From positions 116,002,001-116,066,000 of the forward strand of contig OZ024743.1 of the NCBI GenBank assembly GCA_964016885.1: a stretch of 64,000 nucleotides of DNA. The letters are read 5' to 3'. Numbering within the stretch: position 1 is the first letter of the stretch; each line of letters begins with the position of its first letter. Under the pieces are notes generated by a model. It did not search any database, was not told where the DNA came from, and was given only the letters and a program-made list of their open reading frames with translations. This DNA comes from Eledone cirrhosa (taxonomy: Eukaryota). Of the stretch, positions 57,580 through 64,000 are shown in pieces. Both the position numbers and the translations under genes were made by a program.

Positions 57580-57797
57580 TATAATGAAAAGCGAGTCAAA
57601 TGCCTACTTATACCTTATAATAATTACAGGTTGAAACTTCTATGGACTTTGTTTATCATAAACAATTGTATAATTTAATTCCATCCCCTAGAGGGAATTA
57701 AATTATACAATTGTTTGTGATAAACAAGGTCCATAGAAGTTTCAACCTGTAATTATTCAATAGTATAAGTAGGCATTTGACCTCTCTTTTCATTATA
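57580..57797. repeat. Fold-back (~100-bp arms, ~11-bp spacer)
   Basis: 57580-57683 is inverted relative to 57695-57797, with several mismatches. Confidence 0.85.
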
Positions 57798-57830
57798 GAG
57801 TGATTACCCGGATGGAACCCTGGATGTGTA

Positions 57831-57916
<86 letters not shown>

Positions 57917-58788
57917 TGTGTGTGTGTGTGTTATATTGTATTTTATTATATTATCCTGAAACACGTGATCAAGGGACTGTTTGGGGAAGCCGTTACAATG
58001 CGACTAGGAAATAATATAGTGGATCTTGAGTAGGATAAATTAAACAAGACAAAACTAAACAATTATTTTACCATATATTTCATCATATTTCCCGGTTAGA
58101 AACTCTTTATTAAAGAAGAGAATATCGTAGTACCCTGTATTTACCAACTGAACATTCCTATGCAACTGAGTTTTAAGTAAATCTGTTTTGTTTTCTTATT
58201 TGGTTTACCGTTCTTACTTTACTGTATTATTGTATTTCCCATCAGGATTTTATCAGCTTTTCCAATAAATTCTTCATAAAACTTATCATACATCATATAC
58301 TATTGTATTATTTCATATATTTCTATACTATACGATATTTAAAAACTCTCTACACATTTCGTAACTCAAAGTTTAACGTTTCTGATCACAAAACATGAAG
58401 CGCACTCATATTTGTATTTTTTGTTCATCCATCTTGCCAATATTTGCAATGTAGCATGCATTCAAGCGCGCGTACAAAGGACTACTGGCGGTTCTGACGA
58501 TGGGTATTCCAGTTGTTCAAGATATGTAACAGCCTGATTGAACATTTAGCATGCATTCCTATTCCACAGAAACGTGCACCATCAAATAAGTTCTTATGGA
58601 TATTTAGTGTGATACAGTGTCACACTGATGGCGCTTTGCTAAAAAGGTACAGAACATGTTTGTCAGATGAATGAACTGGAAAAACCGGATATAAAGTGTT
58701 TCCTCAAAGACCTAAACGTGCCGCTAGAAAAAGTTGACATCGTTATCTCTTGACCATGATACTAAGACCATAATTACTAAGCTACGCG

Positions 58789-58827
<39 letters not shown>

Positions 58828-59013
58828 GCAAGCACACAATTACACACAAAATATACTAAATAAGTAGCTAACTATGTAGTCAAATGTATTTATAACTATT
58901 TTAGAGACTTAGAATTTTAGAATTCTCTTCCTTCCAATGCTTGTAATTTTAGAGGCGAAATTCTAGCTATGAAATAACCATAGTGTTTGGAACTGGTTTA
59001 CAACACTGTAGAC

Positions 59014-59528
59014 CAGGGTTTCCCAACCTGGGTGATATCGCTCACCGGTGGGCGATTTCAACTATCGGGTTGGCGATGAACGTATTTTTAGGAAATGGTG
59101 GGCGATCTAAAATTTTGGTGAGTGACAAAGGACTTTCGGTAATTAAGTATGTTATTGATCATATAATGCCCGGTATGGTGTAATCACAGAGCTCGGATTC
59201 GCTAGCTGCGTCGCATCAGGCTCAAGAATCACACTGAAAACTAAACATGGTGAGTTTATTGAATATTTAATACATGTATCATTATTCAATTGTGTTTCAT
59301 TGAGAAATATTTAGCAATCAAAAACTTCATTCTTCTGATTCTGAATAACGTTTCAACTCCGAATGGCTATTTTGCAATATTTCATCTCAACAAATATTTC
59401 ATTTTTTAAGCAACCGTTCTGAATAATGCTTTATTTTGGCGTCCTTAAAATTACTCTCACGGGTGGGCGAAGGGAATAATTGTGTGTGGAAAAGTGGGGG
59501 ATAACGACAAAAAGGTTGGGAACCCCTG
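59014..59528. mobile_element. hAT-type (Charlie-like) MITE
   Basis: TIRs CAGGGTTTCCCAACCT / AGGTTGGGAACCCCTG, with 8-bp TSD CTGTAGAC at 59006-59013 and 59529-59536. Confidence 0.9.
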
Positions 59529-59542
59529 CTGTAGACTAATTA

Positions 59543-59604
<62 letters not shown>

Positions 59605-59714
59605 TATAGGTAAGTTATTCCGGATTGAATCGGAGGTAACCACAGTAAGTAAGGTACTCAATACATAGCAGAGTATAACAGTTTTAATATAGATGAGATT
59701 CTACAGTAATCTCA

Positions 59715-59777
<63 letters not shown>

Positions 59778-59830
59778 ATTTAAAACTGAACTATCCACAA
59801 GTGTTTTTTAACCTTCATATCATGTCTTCA

Positions 59831-59901
59831 TGTTTTATCTGATGAAAACACAAATATTATTGCATGATGATATTTGTTTTTGAAATGCGCATAATAAAAT
59901 A
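59831..59901 (+). ncRNA. Type I hammerhead ribozyme with ~15-bp stem II (family E)
   Basis: UGUUUUAU-CUGAUGA-AAACACAAAUAUUAUU-GCAU-GAUGAUAUUUGUUUUU-GAAA-UGCGCA-UA|AUAAAAUA, with palindromic stem III AUGCGCAU. Copies at 61253-61323 (-), 61517-61587 (-), 61706-61776 (+) and 63787-63857 (+, CCGAUGA). Confidence 0.78.
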
Positions 59902-59929
59902 CATGGAACTCTTTTAACCATCTTTTGTT

Positions 59930-60021
<92 letters not shown>

Positions 60022-60023
60022 TT

Positions 60024-60132
<109 letters not shown>

Positions 60133-60298
60133 GTTTTAGAACGTATGTTAGCTGATTGTCAGTGTTGAATGTTTTCAGCACAATCAACGAACTATGGAGT
60201 ACTCAGGCGTTATCACTCCACTTCAAGTGTACCGATCACTCGCTTTCTTCTCTGTACATACAAGTATATATATATATATATATGAGTGTGTACATGTA

Positions 60299-60399
<101 letters not shown>

Positions 60400-61019
60400 G
60401 AATACAATTAGAGCGAGAAGACGTCATCAGTGATCTTCCAGCCGTCATTGGTATTTCTTCGCATTAAAGACCATATACCTCTGGCTGGTGCGAGCAATAA
60501 CTAAAAAAAGTTATTGGGACACGTAGAATAGGGTGAAGCAAGCGAGACTTGTAAACACACAGAGATGGTAATGCAACGGAATGAGAGGAAGTGGGAAAAC
60601 AAGTCCGTGATACCTGTGAAACTAAGTTCGATCAAATCATGGACGAGGAGATCACTCTAATTTTATTCATATGTATCCCATTTGCAACAACGCAGCACGT
60701 CATTTTTCACTCACGTACACTCACTCACAGACATATATGCATATAAATATATATTTTTTTATCTAAAGACATTTTTTCCAATTACATTCCGCCCGTCCCC
60801 TCAATCTATCTTATTCCTGATTCTTTCTTCTGATAAAGGACTAGCGTCCGAAACGTTCATACCCTCTTCATGCTATATCAAGCGTTAACCTAATATATCC
60901 CTTTCATATACTGTACTGATTGAGTTGTTATTTCCGTGTACCTTTTACATATATACATCTATATATATATATATATATAATTATATATATATATATATAT
61001 ATATATACGTATATATATG

Positions 61020-61162
<143 letters not shown>

Positions 61163-61357
61163 GTATATGTGTGTGTATATATATGTATATATATATATAT
61201 CTATATATATATATAATATATAAGAACAAAAGATGGTTAAAGGAGCTCCATGTATTTTATTATGCGCATTTCAAAAACAAATATCATCATGCAATAATAT
61301 TTGTGTTTTCATCAGATAAAACAATATTATTGTACTACAATAAAACTCACCTCCTAC

Positions 61358-61395
<38 letters not shown>

Positions 61396-61480
61396 GGAGG
61401 TGAGTTTTATTGTAGTACAATAAAGCAATGCAGATATCGGATAAGAAGCACTCTACAATGTGTAGGACTGGAGTATACAT

Positions 61481-61806
61481 AATATAAGATCAAAAGATGG
61501 TTAAATGAGTTCCATGTATTTTATTATGCGCATTTCAAAAACAAACATCATCATGCAATAATATTTGTGTTTTCATCAGATAAGACAGGAGAACATGATA
61601 TGAAGGCTAAAAAACACTTGTGGATAGTGCAGTTTTAAATCAACATATGTTGACTTAAAACTGCACTATCCACAAGTGTTTTTTAGCCTTCATATCATGT
61701 TCTCCTGTCTTATCTGATGAAAACACAAATATTATTGCATGATGATGTTTGTTTTTGAAATGCGCATAATAAAATACATGGAACTCCTTTAACCATCTTT
61801 TGATCT

Positions 61807-61812
<6 letters not shown>
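61481..61812. repeat. Spacerless palindrome (~165-bp arms) of family E with an HHR in each arm
   Basis: The centre is at 61646/61647 (CAACAT|ATGTTG). About 2 mismatches between arms, and the right end joins (TA)n. Confidence 0.92.
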
Positions 61813-61854
<42 letters not shown>

Positions 61855-61863
61855 GTATACATG

Positions 61864-61900
<37 letters not shown>

Positions 61901-61924
61901 GAATATATATATATATATATACAG

Positions 61925-63973
<2,049 letters not shown>

Positions 63974-64000
63974 TTTATATATACATATATATATATATAT

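Larger units (their letters stand above)
57915..59935 (+). repeat. Segmental tandem duplication, copy 1
   Basis: Nearly identical to 62030-63890 (offset about 4114 over the unique part, seen in identical ORFs 58983 and 63097). Confidence 0.92.

Noticed and set aside
60829-60865. HHR-like CTGATAA-AGGAC-TAGC-GTCC-GAAACGTT
   Set aside because: G8 is mutated and no stem I pairing was found. At most a decayed remnant.

Overview
AT-rich, microsatellite-saturated eukaryotic non-coding DNA (intergenic or intronic). The tRNA-derived SINE family and repeat landscape resemble an octopod cephalopod genome (inference). No intact host gene is supported, and most ORFs in the track are translations of (TA)n/(CA)n/(GA)n runs. 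The window is a mosaic of decayed mobile elements: at least 7 Penelope-like element (PLE) fragments of two clades, a split CRE LINE, RTE and R4/Dong-like LINE remnants, a Chapaev3-type DNA transposon with TIRs and TSD, Helitron pieces, a hAT MITE carried inside a ~4-kb tandem duplication, and many SINEs. The main result comes from folding by eye. I count about 15 type I hammerhead ribozyme (HHR) motifs with intact cores, plus about 8 core variants, from about 7 sequence families. Most sit in short ORF-less units inserted into (TA)n as tandem arrays or fold-back palindromes. The best case is a 467-bp tandem, retrozyme-like unit whose two loci differ by a compensatory base-pair swap in HHR stem II. 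Ribozyme activity, expression and novelty are untested.
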